Virus record (IMG/VR): IMGVR_UViG_2734482790_000003
Source of the DNA: a virus
Taxonomy: Duplodnaviria > Heunggongvirae > Uroviricota > Caudoviricetes
Length of the DNA: 38,122 nt
Strand: one strand, 5' to 3'
Positions 27,412 through 37,864 of the stretch are shown piece by piece. The notes under the pieces were generated by a model. It did not search any database, had not been told where the DNA came from, and was given only the letters and a program-made list of their open reading frames with translations. How positions within the stretch are numbered: the first letter of the stretch is position 1; the number at the start of each line of letters is the position of its first letter. Both the position numbers and the translations under genes were made by a program.

Positions 27412-27978
27412 ATGCTTATTGGCTATGTACGCGTGTCAACAAATGACCAGAACACCGATTTGCAACGTAATGCACTGAACTGCGCGGGATGTGAGCGGAT
27501 TTTTGAGGATAAAATCAGTGGCACTAAGTCCGACAGACCGGGGCTTAAAAAACTGCTCAGGACACTATCGGCAGGAGACACTCTGGTTGTCTGGAAGCTG
27601 GACAGGTTGGGGCGCAGTATGCGGCATCTTGTTACGCTGATAGAAGAGTTGCGCCAGCGTGGTGTGAATTTCAGAAGCCTGACTGACAGTATTGATACCA
27701 GTACCCCAATGGGCCGTTTCTTTTTTCATGTCATGGGTGCCCTGGCTGAAATGGAACGCGAACTGATAGTTGAACGTACCATGGCAGGGCTGGCTGCAGC
27801 TCGTGCCAAAGGCAGAGTAGGTGGACGCCGTCCTAAGTTGACCACCGAACAGTGGGCACAGATTGGGCGTTTACTCGAGGCCGGAGAATCAAGACAGCGT
27901 ATTGCACTGATTTTTGATGTAGGCGTTTCTACCATTTATAGAAAATTTCCGGCAAATAAGAGCAATGAATCCCCCTGA
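27412..27978 (+). CDS. Site-specific DNA invertase (Gin/Pin/Cin/Hin serine recombinase family)
   Basis: MLIGYVRVSTNDQNTDLQ... with catalytic-Ser motif (YVRVST) and C-terminal HTH; ORF 27367 trimmed to Met 27412. Adjacent to the inverted-repeat-bounded segment. Confidence 0.85.
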   Translation: MLIGYVRVSTNDQNTDLQRNALNCAGCERIFEDKISGTKSDRPGLKKLLRTLSAGDTLVVWKLDRLGRSMRHLVTLIEELRQRGVNFRSLTDSIDTSTPMGRFFFHVMGALAEMERELIVERTMAGLAAARAKGRVGGRRPKLTTEQWAQIGRLLEAGESRQRIALIFDVGVSTIYRKFPANKSNESP

Positions 27979-28026
27979 ATCAGCATTATTTTGATTATCC
28001 ATGCAAGTAGACAAATACCGTCATTT

Positions 28027-28044
28027 TGTGTGAATAACGACACA
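28027..28044. promoter_or_regulatory. Late-promoter activator dyad (TGT-N12-ACA) for the FI operon
   Basis: TTGTGTGAATAACGACACAA, perfect 6-bp arms, centred about 85 bp upstream of the FI ATG. Confidence 0.5.
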
Positions 28045-28120
28045 ACTGCGCTTAGCTGTTTGTCAGGCACAATCACTTCAACATAGGGCGAAGCCTAATC
28101 CAATCAGGAGGTTCGCCACT

Positions 28121-29293
28121 ATGGCTCAGGATTACCACCACGGGGTGCGCGTTGTTGAAGTCAACGAAGGCACCCGATCTATTACCACGGTGAGCACCGC
28201 CATCGTGGGTATGGTCTGCACGGGCGATGATGCCGATGCAAAAATGTTTCCTCTTAATAAACCCGTGCTGATCACTGATGTGCTGACTGCCAGCGGTAAA
28301 GCGGGTGAGTCAGGTACTCTGGCCCGTTCGCTGGATGCCATCGCTGACCAGGCAAAACCCGTGACCATTGTTGTGCGTGTGCCGCAGGGTGAAACGGAAG
28401 ACGAAACCACGACCAATATCATCGGCGCAGTGACTGCTGAAGGTAAAAAAACAGGTATGAAAGCCCTGTTATCTGCCCAGTCACAGCTCGGCGTTAAACC
28501 GCGCATTCTCGGCGTGCCAGGCCACGACACCAAGGCGGTAGCTACTGAGTTGCTAAGCGTGGCGCAAAGCCTGCGTGGATTTGCTTACCTGTCAGCGTAT
28601 GGCTGCAAGACAGTGCAGGAGGCGATCACTTACCGCGAAAACTTCAGCCAGCGCGAAGGGATGCTGATCTGGCCTGACTTTACTGGCTGGGACACAGTGC
28701 TGAATGCCGAAGCAACGGCATATGCCACCGCCCGTGCGCTTGGTCTGCGCGCTAAAATTGACGAGCAGACCGGATGGCACAAAAGCCTGTCCAACGTGGG
28801 CGTGAACGGTGTCACCGGAATTTCTGCAGATGTGTTCTGGGATCTGCAGGACCCGGCAACCGATGCAGGTCTGCTGAACCAGAACGACGTCACCACGCTT
28901 GTGCGTAAAGACGGTTTCCGCTTCTGGGGTTCCCGCTGCCTGAGTGATGACCCGCTCTTTGCCTTCGAAAACTACACCCGCACGGCGCAGGTGCTGATGG
29001 ACACGATGGCAGAAGCACACATGTGGGCGGTGGATAAACCGCTTAACCCGTCGCTGGCCCGCGACATTATCGAAGGTATCCGCGCCAAAATGCGCAGCCT
29101 GGTCAGTCAGGGCTATCTCATTGGTGGTGATTGCTGGCTGGATGAGTCGGTGAACGACAAAGACACGCTGAAAGCCGGAAAACTCACCATCGACTACGAC
29201 TACACGCCAGTGCCGCCACTTGAAAACCTGATGCTGCGTCAGCGCATCACCGATCAGTACCTGGTGAATTTCGCCAGCCAGGTCAGCGCGTAA
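28121..29293 (+). CDS. FI: Tail sheath protein (P2 gpFI family)
   Basis: 390 aa; position and size; SD AGGAGG. Confidence 0.85.
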   Translation: MAQDYHHGVRVVEVNEGTRSITTVSTAIVGMVCTGDDADAKMFPLNKPVLITDVLTASGKAGESGTLARSLDAIADQAKPVTIVVRVPQGETEDETTTNIIGAVTAEGKKTGMKALLSAQSQLGVKPRILGVPGHDTKAVATELLSVAQSLRGFAYLSAYGCKTVQEAITYRENFSQREGMLIWPDFTGWDTVLNAEATAYATARALGLRAKIDEQTGWHKSLSNVGVNGVTGISADVFWDLQDPATDAGLLNQNDVTTLVRKDGFRFWGSRCLSDDPLFAFENYTRTAQVLMDTMAEAHMWAVDKPLNPSLARDIIEGIRAKMRSLVSQGYLIGGDCWLDESVNDKDTLKAGKLTIDYDYTPVPPLENLMLRQRITDQYLVNFASQVSA

Positions 29294-29302
29294 GGGGACA
29301 AC

Positions 29303-29818
29303 ATGGCTTTACCACGCAAATTAAAACACCTGAACCTGTTTAACGACGGGAACAACTGGCAGGGGATCGTTGAGTCGCTGACGCTGCCGAAATTTACCCG
29401 CAAATATGAGAAGTATCGCGGCGGCGGAATGCCGGGTGCGGTGGATGTGGACCTGGGGCTTGATGACAGTGCGCTGGACACAGAATTTTCCATTGGTGGT
29501 ACTGAATTGCTGCTGTTTAAACAGATGGGTAAAGCCACGGTGGATGGCATCCAGTTGCGCTTTACCGGCTCTATTCAGCGTGACGATACCGGGGAAGTGC
29601 AGGCCGTGGAGCTTGTCGTGCGTGGACGTCACAAAGAAGTGGATTCCGGCGAGTGGAAGACGGGCGAAAGCAACACCACCAAAGTGACCAGTACCAACAG
29701 CTACGCGAAGCTGACCATCAATGGTGAGGTGCTCTATGAAGTGGACCTTATCAACATGGTGGAAATTGTGGACGGTGTGGACCTGATGGAAGCGCACCGC
29801 AACGCCCTCGGCCTCTGA
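29303..29818 (+). CDS. FII: Tail tube protein (P2 gpFII family)
   Basis: 171 aa; position after the sheath gene. Confidence 0.85.
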   Translation: MALPRKLKHLNLFNDGNNWQGIVESLTLPKFTRKYEKYRGGGMPGAVDVDLGLDDSALDTEFSIGGTELLLFKQMGKATVDGIQLRFTGSIQRDDTGEVQAVELVVRGRHKEVDSGEWKTGESNTTKVTSTNSYAKLTINGEVLYEVDLINMVEIVDGVDLMEAHRNALGL

Positions 29819-29872
29819 ACTATCTGAACGGCGCGGGATACCGCGCCAGAACCCAATTGACAGGACAGCAAA

Positions 29873-30175
29873 ATGAGCGATAAGCAGACTGAAAAGACCA
29901 TTCAACTGGATACCCCCATCAAGCGCGGTCAAACAGAAATCACCGAAATTGTGCTGCGTAAACCGCAGTCCGGTGCGCTGCGCGGTACACGCCTGCAGGC
30001 CATTATGGATATGGATGTAAACGCGATGATGACCGTGATCCCCCGCATCTCCAGTCCGGCACTGACTGCACAGGAAATTGCAGAGATGGACCCGGCAGAT
30101 CTCACTGCCATGTCGGTTGAGGTTGTCACTTTTTTGTTGAAGAAGTCGGTGCTTGCCGGTTTACCGACAGCCTGA
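29873..30175 (+). CDS. E: Tail assembly chaperone (P2 gpE family)
   Basis: 100 aa; precedes the tape measure gene; contains slippery T TTT TTG near its 3' end. Confidence 0.8.
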   Translation: MSDKQTEKTIQLDTPIKRGQTEITEIVLRKPQSGALRGTRLQAIMDMDVNAMMTVIPRISSPALTAQEIAEMDPADLTAMSVEVVTFLLKKSVLAGLPTA

Positions 30176-30309
30176 CGGTTGACGATCTGGTGGCAGATAT
30201 CGCCACCATTTTTCACTGGCCGCCATCCGTTACTGACGTTATGCCGCTGACCGAAGTGCTGGAATGGCGGTATAAAGCGATTCAGAGAAGCGGGGCCAAC
30301 GATGAGTGA
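29873..30309 (+). CDS. E+E' frameshift fusion product (programmed -1 frameshift at ~30130-30136)
   Basis: Slippery heptamer T_TTT_TTG in the E frame. The -1 frame stays open for 57 codons (..FFVEEVGACRFTDSLTVDDLVADIATIF...RSGANDE) and ends with TGA overlapping the tape-measure start, the conserved tail-chaperone arrangement. Confidence 0.65.
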
Positions 30310-33300
30310 TAACAACCTGCGTCTGCAGGTCATTCTTAATGCGGTTGACAAGCTCACCCGCCCATTTCGATCTGCACAGGCCAGTTCAAGAGAACTGGCT
30401 GCTGCTGTCAAAAAATCCCGCGATGCAATAAAGCAGCTTGATCAGGCCGGGAGCAGTCTGGACAGCTTCCGAAAGCTGCAGGCAGAAAATCAGAAATTAG
30501 GCGACAGGCTGAACTATGCCCGCCAGCGTGCAAATTTGCTCAGTCAGGAACTGGGAGCGATGGGGCCGCCTTCGCAACGTCAGGTTGTTGCTCTGGGCCG
30601 TCAACGGCTGGCTGTTCAGCGCCTGGAAGAACGCCAGAAAAAGCTGCAGCAGCAGACGGCGCTTGTGCGTGCTGAACTGTACCGGGCGGGAATTTCTGCG
30701 AAAGACGATGCGGGAGCAACTGCCCGTTTAGCCCGTGAAACATCACGTTATAACCAGGAACTTTCGAAACAGGAGGCGCGGCTGAAGCGACTGGGGGAAG
30801 CTCAGCGCAGGATGAATGCAGCGCGTGCCAGTTATGCCCGTTCGCTGGAGGTGCGTGATCGTATTGCAGGTGCCGGAGCCACCACCACGGCTGCAGGGCT
30901 GGCAATGGGTGCGCCAGTGATGGCGGCAGTAAAAAGCTATACCAGCATGGAAGATGCCATGAAAGGTGTGGCAAAGCAGGTCAATGGTCTGCGTGACGAT
31001 AATGGCAACCGCACTGCACGTTTTTATGAAATGCAGGATGCCATCAAGGCTGCCAGCGAACAGTTGCCGATGGAAAACGGTGCGGTGGACTTCGCTGCAC
31101 TGGTTGAAGGTGGTGCGCGCATGAACGTCGCAAACCCTGACGACAGCTGGGAAGATCAGAAACGTGACCTGCTGGCCTTCGCCAGTACGGCAGCAAAGGC
31201 GGCAACAGCCTTTGAGCTGCCAGCGGATGAACTGTCAGAAAGTCTGGGGAAAATCGCCCAGCTCTACAAAATCCCCACCCGCAATATTGAACAGCTCGGT
31301 GATGCGCTGAACTATCTGGATGATAACGCCATGTCGAAAGGGGCAGACATCATTGATGTGATGCAACGTCTGGGCGGTGTGGCTGACCGTCTGGATTATC
31401 GTAAAGCGGCGGCGCTGGGTTCCACCTTCCTGACACTGGGCGCTGCGCCAGAGGTTGCAGCCAGTGCAGCAAACGCGATGGTGCGTGAATTGTCCATTGC
31501 CACCATGCAAAGCAAGAGTTTCTTTGAAGGGATGAATCTGCTGAAACTCAATCCTGAAGTGATTGAAAAACAGATGACGAAGGATGCGATGGGAACCATC
31601 CAGCGCGTGCTGGAGAAGGTAAACGCGCTGCCGCAGGACAAGCGCCTGTCTGCCATGACTATGTTGTTTGGTAAAGAGTTTGGCGATGACGCGGCGAAAC
31701 TGGCAAACAACCTGCCGGAACTGCAGCGTCAGTTAAAACTGACAGCGGGCAATGATGCGCTCGGCTCCATGCAGAAAGAATCCGACATTAACAAGGATTC
31801 ACTTTCTGCGCAGTGGTTGCTGGTCAAAACCGGAGCGCAGAACACCTTCAGCAGCCTGGGCGAAACGCTGCGCCAGCCGCTGATGGATATTCTGTACACG
31901 GTGAAAAGCGTCACGGGGGCGTTGCGTCGCTGGGTGGAAGCTAACCCGGAACTGACAGGCACACTGATGAAAGCATCGGCTGTTGTGGCTGCGGTTACCG
32001 TCGGCCTCGGCACCTTAGCGGTGGCGCTGGCTGCAGTGCTGGGGCCGTTGGCAGTGATCCGTCTGGGATTCTCTGTGTTGGGTATCAAAACGTTATCTTC
32101 CGTTACGGCAGCAGTAACTCGAACCAGCAGCGCGTTGTCCTGGCTGGCTGGCGCGCCACTGGCACTGCTGCGACGCGGGCTTGCTTCATCGGGCAACGCC
32201 GCAGGTTTACTTACTGCGCCGTTGTCGTCTTTGCGCCGCACGGCATCACTGACGGGAAATGTCCTGAAAACTGTAGCAGGTGCGCCGGTTGCACTTTTGC
32301 GGTCTGGATTATCCGGTTTACGTGCTGTTGCTGTGATGTTTATGAATCCTCTGGCGGTACTGCGCGGTGGACTGGCCGCCGCAGGCACGGTGCTGCGAGT
32401 ACTGGCATCTGGTCCACTGGCGATGCTGCGCGTTGCCCTGTATGCCATATCTGGTCTGTTAGGTGCTCTGCTCAGTCCGATAGGTCTTGTGGTTACTGCA
32501 CTGGCGGGCGTGGCGCTGGTTGTCTGGAAATACTGGCAACCCATCACCGCATTTCTCGGTGGCGTGGTGGAAGGATTCAAAGCGGCGGCAGGTCCCATCA
32601 GTGCAGCGTTCGAACCGCTTAAGCCCGTGTTCCAGTGGATTGGCGACAAAGTGCAGGCGCTGTGGGCCTGGTTTACTGATCTGCTGACGCCCGTTAAGTC
32701 GACCTCTGCCGAACTGCAGAGCGCAGCGGCAATGGGGCGACGATTCGGGGAGGCACTGGCAGAAGGGCTGAATATGGTCATGCATCCGCTGGACTCCCTG
32801 AAATCCGGCGTTTCCTGGTTGCAGGAGAAACTCGGCATTGTCAGTAAAGAGGCTGCAAAGGCGAAACTGCCGGAAAGCGTGACGCGTCAGCAACCTGCGA
32901 CGGTGAATGCAGACGGTAAAGTGATGATGCCATCGGGTGATTTTCCGTCATGGGGATATGGCTTTGCGGGGATGTATGACAGCGGCGGCTATATCCCGCG
33001 CGGGCAGTTTGGCATCGTCGGTGAAAACGGGCCGGAAATTGTTAACGGCCCGGCAAACGTGACCAGCCGGAGAAATACAGCTGCACTGGCTGCCGTTGTC
33101 GCCGGAATGATGGGTGTTGCTGCCGCGCCAGCAGAGCTTCCACCGTTGCATCCTTTGGCGCTTCCCGCAAAAGGCGGTGAAGCGATGGTGAGTCGTGCAG
33201 CTACTGTGCCGCCCATTTACCGGATTGAAGCACCGACACAGATCATCATCCAGACACAGCCAGGACAAAGTGCGCAGGATATTGCGCGGGAGGTGGCCCG

Positions 33301-33379
33301 CCAGCTTGATGAACGTGAACGCAGGCTGAAGGCAAAAGCCAGGAGTAACTACAGCGATCAGGGGGGATACGACGCATGA
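30302..33379 (+). CDS. T: Tail tape measure protein (P2 gpT family)
   Basis: 1025 aa, coiled-coil N-terminus, hydrophobic Ala/Leu/Gly-rich central repeats; position. Confidence 0.85.
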   Translation: MSDNNLRLQVILNAVDKLTRPFRSAQASSRELAAAVKKSRDAIKQLDQAGSSLDSFRKLQAENQKLGDRLNYARQRANLLSQELGAMGPPSQRQVVALGRQRLAVQRLEERQKKLQQQTALVRAELYRAGISAKDDAGATARLARETSRYNQELSKQEARLKRLGEAQRRMNAARASYARSLEVRDRIAGAGATTTAAGLAMGAPVMAAVKSYTSMEDAMKGVAKQVNGLRDDNGNRTARFYEMQDAIKAASEQLPMENGAVDFAALVEGGARMNVANPDDSWEDQKRDLLAFASTAAKAATAFELPADELSESLGKIAQLYKIPTRNIEQLGDALNYLDDNAMSKGADIIDVMQRLGGVADRLDYRKAAALGSTFLTLGAAPEVAASAANAMVRELSIATMQSKSFFEGMNLLKLNPEVIEKQMTKDAMGTIQRVLEKVNALPQDKRLSAMTMLFGKEFGDDAAKLANNLPELQRQLKLTAGNDALGSMQKESDINKDSLSAQWLLVKTGAQNTFSSLGETLRQPLMDILYTVKSVTGALRRWVEANPELTGTLMKASAVVAAVTVGLGTLAVALAAVLGPLAVIRLGFSVLGIKTLSSVTAAVTRTSSALSWLAGAPLALLRRGLASSGNAAGLLTAPLSSLRRTASLTGNVLKTVAGAPVALLRSGLSGLRAVAVMFMNPLAVLRGGLAAAGTVLRVLASGPLAMLRVALYAISGLLGALLSPIGLVVTALAGVALVVWKYWQPITAFLGGVVEGFKAAAGPISAAFEPLKPVFQWIGDKVQALWAWFTDLLTPVKSTSAELQSAAAMGRRFGEALAEGLNMVMHPLDSLKSGVSWLQEKLGIVSKEAAKAKLPESVTRQQPATVNADGKVMMPSGDFPSWGYGFAGMYDSGGYIPRGQFGIVGENGPEIVNGPANVTSRRNTAALAAVVAGMMGVAAAPAELPPLHPLALPAKGGEAMVSRAATVPPIYRIEAPTQIIIQTQPGQSAQDIAREVARQLDERERRLKAKARSNYSDQGGYDA

Positions 33380-33861
33380 TGATGGTGCTGGGATTGTACG
33401 TGTTTATGCTGCGCACCGTACCGTATCAGGAGCTGCAGTATCAACGCAGCTGGCGACATGCGGCAAACAGCCGGGTAAACCGACGTCCGTCCACGCAGTT
33501 TCTGGGACCGGACAACGACATGCTGACGCTTTCCGGTGTTCTTATGCCGGAGATAACAGGTGGCAGGCTGTCGTTGCTGGCACTGGAGCAGATGGCAGAA
33601 CAGGGGAAAGCATGGCCCCTGATTGAAGGCAGTGGCACGATTTATGGCATGTATGTGATTGAGGGACTGAATCAGACTAAAACGGAGTTTTTCCGCGACG
33701 GTATGCCGCGCCGGATTGAGTTCACCCTGTCGCTCAAACGGGTGGATGAATCCCTGTCCGATATATTCGGTGATCTCAGTGCGCAACTGAATAATCTGCA
33801 GGACACAGCAACGTCTGCCTTAAGCGATATCAGTAAAACGGTGGGAGGGCTGCTGTCATGA
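33376..33861 (+). CDS. U: Tail protein (P2 gpU family)
   Basis: 161 aa; position and size. Confidence 0.8.
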   Translation: MMMVLGLYVFMLRTVPYQELQYQRSWRHAANSRVNRRPSTQFLGPDNDMLTLSGVLMPEITGGRLSLLALEQMAEQGKAWPLIEGSGTIYGMYVIEGLNQTKTEFFRDGMPRRIEFTLSLKRVDESLSDIFGDLSAQLNNLQDTATSALSDISKTVGGLLS

Positions 33862-34958
33862 ATTTCAGCTCTGAACTGCTTAACAAAGGCAACAAAACTC
33901 CCGCATTCAGCATCAGTATTGAGGGCAGGGATATCACCACTGTGCTGGATAACCGCCTGATGAGTTTGACGCTGACGGACAATCGGGGCTTTGAAGCGGA
34001 CCAGCTTGATCTGGAGCTGGACGACGCCGACGGAAAAATCGTGCTGCCGCGCCGTGGTGCGGTTATTACGCTGGCGCTGGGCTGGAAGGGGCAGCCGCTT
34101 TTCCCGAAAGGGGCATTCACGGTGGACGAGATTGAACACACTGGCGCACCGGACCGCCTGACTATCCGGGCGCGAAGTGCTGATTTTCGTGAAACGCTGA
34201 ATACCCGCCGTGAAAAGTCGTGGCACAAGACCACCGTCGGGGAAGTGGTGAAGGAAATAGCTGTGCGGCACAAACTGAAGATGGCATTGGGTAAAGACCT
34301 GTCAGATAAACCCGTGGAACATATAGACCAGACCAATGAGAGTGACGGCAGTTTTCTGATGCGGCTGGCGCGCCAGTACGGTGCTATTGCGTCGGTGAAA
34401 AATGGCAATCTGTTATTCATCCGGCAGGGACAGGGTAAAAGCGCCAGCGGTAAACCACTACCGGTTATCACTATCACACGTAAGGACGGCGACAGTCACC
34501 GCTTTACCCTGGCAGATCGCGGAGCCTACACGGGCGTAATTGCCAGCTGGTTGCATACCCGCGAACCCGCGAAGAATGAAAGCACCACGGTGAAGCGTAA
34601 GCGCAGGACTAAGAAGCAGAAGAAAGAGCCGGAAGCGAAGCAGGGCGATTACCTGGTGGGTACAGATGAAAACGTGCTGGTACTTAATCGCACCTATGCC
34701 AACCGGAGCAACGCCGAACGGGCGGCGAAAATGCAGTGGGAACGCCTGCAACGCGGCGTTGCGTCATTCTCGCTACAACTGGCAGAAGGTCGGGCAGATC
34801 TCTACACGGAAATGCCAGTGAAAGTCAGTGGCTTTAAACAGCCGATAGATGATGCGGAATGGACCATTACGACTCTGACGCATACCGTCAGCCCCGATAA
34901 CGGTTTTACAACCAGTCTGGAGCTTGAAGTGAGGATTGATGATTTCGAAATGGAATGA
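33858..34958 (+). CDS. D: Tail protein (P2 gpD family)
   Basis: 366 aa; position and size. Confidence 0.8.
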   Translation: MNFSSELLNKGNKTPAFSISIEGRDITTVLDNRLMSLTLTDNRGFEADQLDLELDDADGKIVLPRRGAVITLALGWKGQPLFPKGAFTVDEIEHTGAPDRLTIRARSADFRETLNTRREKSWHKTTVGEVVKEIAVRHKLKMALGKDLSDKPVEHIDQTNESDGSFLMRLARQYGAIASVKNGNLLFIRQGQGKSASGKPLPVITITRKDGDSHRFTLADRGAYTGVIASWLHTREPAKNESTTVKRKRRTKKQKKEPEAKQGDYLVGTDENVLVLNRTYANRSNAERAAKMQWERLQRGVASFSLQLAEGRADLYTEMPVKVSGFKQPIDDAEWTITTLTHTVSPDNGFTTSLELEVRIDDFEME

Positions 34959-35048
34959 TTCTTCGCAATGGAGAACTTTTAAGTTTGCAAAATGGAATAA
35001 TGCGGTATCATTATTGTGAATTTAGCAAAAATGGGGAGAACTCGAAAA

Positions 35049-35267
35049 ATGATGATTTGCCCACTGTGTGGAAGTGCCGCCCATACTCGCAGCAGTTTTC
35101 AGGTATCTTCATTGACCAAAGAGCGTTACAACCAGTGCCAGAACATTAACTGCAGCCATACTTTTGTTACCCATGAAACTTTTGTTCGTTCGATTGCAAC
35201 GCCAAAAGAGTCAAATCCGGTTCAGCCGCATCCAATGAAATCAGGACAGGTGGCGCTCTCTCTTTGA
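35049..35267 (+). CDS. ogr: Late transcription activator, Ogr/Delta/B zinc-finger family
   Basis: CPLCGSAAHTR...ERYNQCQNINCSHTF matches the Ogr CxxC-N22-CxxxxC zinc finger; ORF 35016 trimmed to an internal Met. Confidence 0.85.
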   Translation: MMICPLCGSAAHTRSSFQVSSLTKERYNQCQNINCSHTFVTHETFVRSIATPKESNPVQPHPMKSGQVALSL

Positions 35268-35353
35268 CGCTGCCGCCATTTTGTCGCCATCGTTAAAAAA
35301 CAGTGTTTCTAACATCATGATTTTAAACAGCTTAAATTTTAGGCAACAAAAAA

Positions 35354-35390
35354 CCCATCAACCTTGAACCGAAATGGCGGGGTTGATGGG
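35354..35390 (-). terminator. Candidate rho-independent terminator downstream of ybjL (within the prophage-host junction region)
   Basis: Inverted repeat CCCATCAACC...GGTTGATGGG followed on the minus strand by a T tract. Confidence 0.4.
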
Positions 35391-35502
35391 CTCCACAAAA
35401 TGGGGACATCAAAGAAAAGCAGTGGCACTAATTAAGACTGATGCCCTGCGGAAAAGTTCTGCGGTTGTGCAAAAAAATTTCATTTTCAGGGCAACTTCAG
35501 TT

Positions 35503-37188
35503 TTATCCTAATCCTGGCCATACCATGACGATGATTGTCCCTGCCAGCGTCAGCAGGACGTTGGCGATTGCATAGGTGCCCGCATAGCCCAGCGCCGGGA
35601 TGTTACTGCGAGCTGTATCACTGATGATCTCCATTGCCGGCGCGCAGGTACGTGCGCCCATCATTGCGCCGAACAACAGCGCGCGGTTCATTCGCAATAC
35701 ATAAGCACCGAACAAGAAACAGATAACCACGGGCACCAGACTGACAATCAATCCGGCAATCAACATCTGACCGCCAATCGCGCCCAGGCCGTTATTAATA
35801 CCGCTACCGGCGCTCAGACCAACGCCTGCCATAAACACCATCAAGCCGAACTCTTTCACCATGCTTAATGCACCCTGCGGAATGTAACCGAAGGTCGGGT
35901 GGTTAGCACGCATAAAGCCCAGCATAATTCCGGCGAATAACAACCCGGCAGCGTTCCCCATGCCGAAACTGAATGTGCTGAACTGGAAGGTGATCATCCC
36001 GATCATCAGCCCAATAACAAAGAAGGCGCAAAATGCCAGCAGGTCAGTGACCTGGCTGTGAATCGAGATAAAGCCGATGCGATCGGCGATGGTTTTTACG
36101 CGACGGGCATCACCGCTGACTTGTAAAACGTCACCTTTGTTAAGCACGACGTTGTCATCTATCGGCATCTCAATCTGGCTACGAATGACGCGGTTAAGGA
36201 AGCAACCGTGATCGGTCAACTTCAGTTGTGCGAGACGTTTACCTACAGCGTTATGGTTTTTAACGACCACTTCTTCAGTGACGATACGCATGTCGAGAAG
36301 GTCACGATCGAAAACTTCTTTACCGTTACGGAAGCTGGGATCGAGTCGGGCATGGGCGTCGGGATAGCCTACCAACGCTATTTCATCGCCCATTTGTAGC
36401 ACGGCATCACCGTCTGGATTTGCCAGAATCCCGTTACGTCGAATACGTTCAATGTAGCAGCCGGTTTGTCGATAAATACCCAGTTCACGCAGATTTTTGC
36501 CGTCGGTCCAGGCCACCAGCTCCGGGCCGACGCGATAGGCGCGGATCACCGGTAAATAAACCTTACGGTTGGCATCAGTGTCCAGGCCACGTTCGCGGGC
36601 GATTTGCTGGGCGCTGGTCTGTAAGTCCTGATGCTGCAATTTCGGCAAGTAACGCGCACCAACAATCAAACTCACCAGACCGATTAAATAGGTTAAGGCA
36701 TACCCGAGGCTCAGATTATCCAGTGCCAGTGAGAGCTGCCTGCTTTCCATGCCGGAATGACGCAGTGTATCGCCAGCACCGACCAGAACCGGTGTCGACG
36801 TCATAGAGCCTGCTAACATACCGGCCGTCAGGCCAATATCCCAGCCAAACAGCTTACCTAACCCTAAGGCGATCACCAGCGCACTGCCAACCATCACCAG
36901 TGCTAACATTAGGTAATTTTTCCCATCGCGAAAAAAAATGGAAAAAAAGTTCGGTCCGGCTTCAACCCCAACACAGAAAATAAACAGCATAAAGCCAAGA
37001 TTAAGCGCATCGGTGTTAATGCTGAAATGTTGTTGGCCTAATAACAGCGATACGACTAAAACGCCAATGGAATTACCCAGTTGGATCGAACCAAGTCGTA
37101 ACTTTCCGAGACATAGCCCAAGCGCGAGGACCACAAATAATAACAGAATGTAATTCCCATTTAACAATTCGGCGACGTTTATATTCAC
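35503..37188 (-). CDS. ybjL: Putative transport protein YbjL (host gene)
   Basis: 561-aa multi-pass membrane protein with duplicated TM domains around a central cytoplasmic region; recognised as E. coli YbjL. Confidence 0.8.
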
Positions 37189-37457
37189 GGAGGCTAACTT
37201 CTTGTTTACTAGTAAGCTGTTGAAAGAAATGGTAATTTACGATAATGTTTTTTACCAGAATTCAGGGCGCAGATTCATTCAGCGCACCTAAACGATAGTA
37301 AAGTAACAATATATTTTACTAGTGTAATCACATTAGGTATCAACGGCTATATGAATTGCGTTGGCCTATATTAGCATGGAATGCGAAGCGGCTTTATCTT
37401 ACTGAACGCCACACTGGCGAAAAATGTGTTCGATAGACGCAGTGTCAGGAGGAACGA

Positions 37458-37835
37458 GTGAAACATAAACAACGTTGGGCGGGGGCAATCTGCTGTTTTG
37501 TCCTCTTCATTGTGGTGTGCCTTTTTCTGGCGACGCACATGAAAGGCGCTTTTCGGGCTGCCGGGCATCCTGAAATCGGCTTGCTATTTTTCATTCTTCC
37601 TGGAGCAGTCGCCAGCTTCTTTTCACAGCGTAGAGAAGTCCTGAAACCTCTGTTTGGCGCAATGCTGGCGGCACCCTGTTCGATGCTCATTATGCGGCTG
37701 TTTTTTTCACCGACGCGCTCATTCTGGCAAGAGCTGGCATGGTTATTAAGTGCGGTGTTCTGGTGTGCGCTGGGGGCACTGTGTTTCTTATTTATCAGTA
37801 GTTTGTTTAAACCACAGCACAGAAAAAATCAGTAA
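37458..37835 (+). CDS. ybjM: Inner membrane protein YbjM (host gene)
   Basis: 125-aa membrane protein, divergent from ybjL, in conserved E. coli synteny with grxA. Confidence 0.75.
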   Translation: MKHKQRWAGAICCFVLFIVVCLFLATHMKGAFRAAGHPEIGLLFFILPGAVASFFSQRREVLKPLFGAMLAAPCSMLIMRLFFSPTRSFWQELAWLLSAVFWCALGALCFLFISSLFKPQHRKNQ

Positions 37836-37864
37836 AGCCCTCAACGCGAGGGCTTGTCAGACGA

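Noticed and set aside
31729-32838. 369-aa minus-strand ORF inside the tape-measure gene
   Set aside because: Antisense to a well-supported long structural gene; low-complexity Ala/Ser/Pro/Arg-rich translation typical of GC-rich antisense frames; no ribosome-binding site.
33672-34477. Minus-strand ORFs of 199 and 215 aa overlapping U and D
   Set aside because: Antisense to conserved tail genes, Ser/Arg-rich low-complexity translations.
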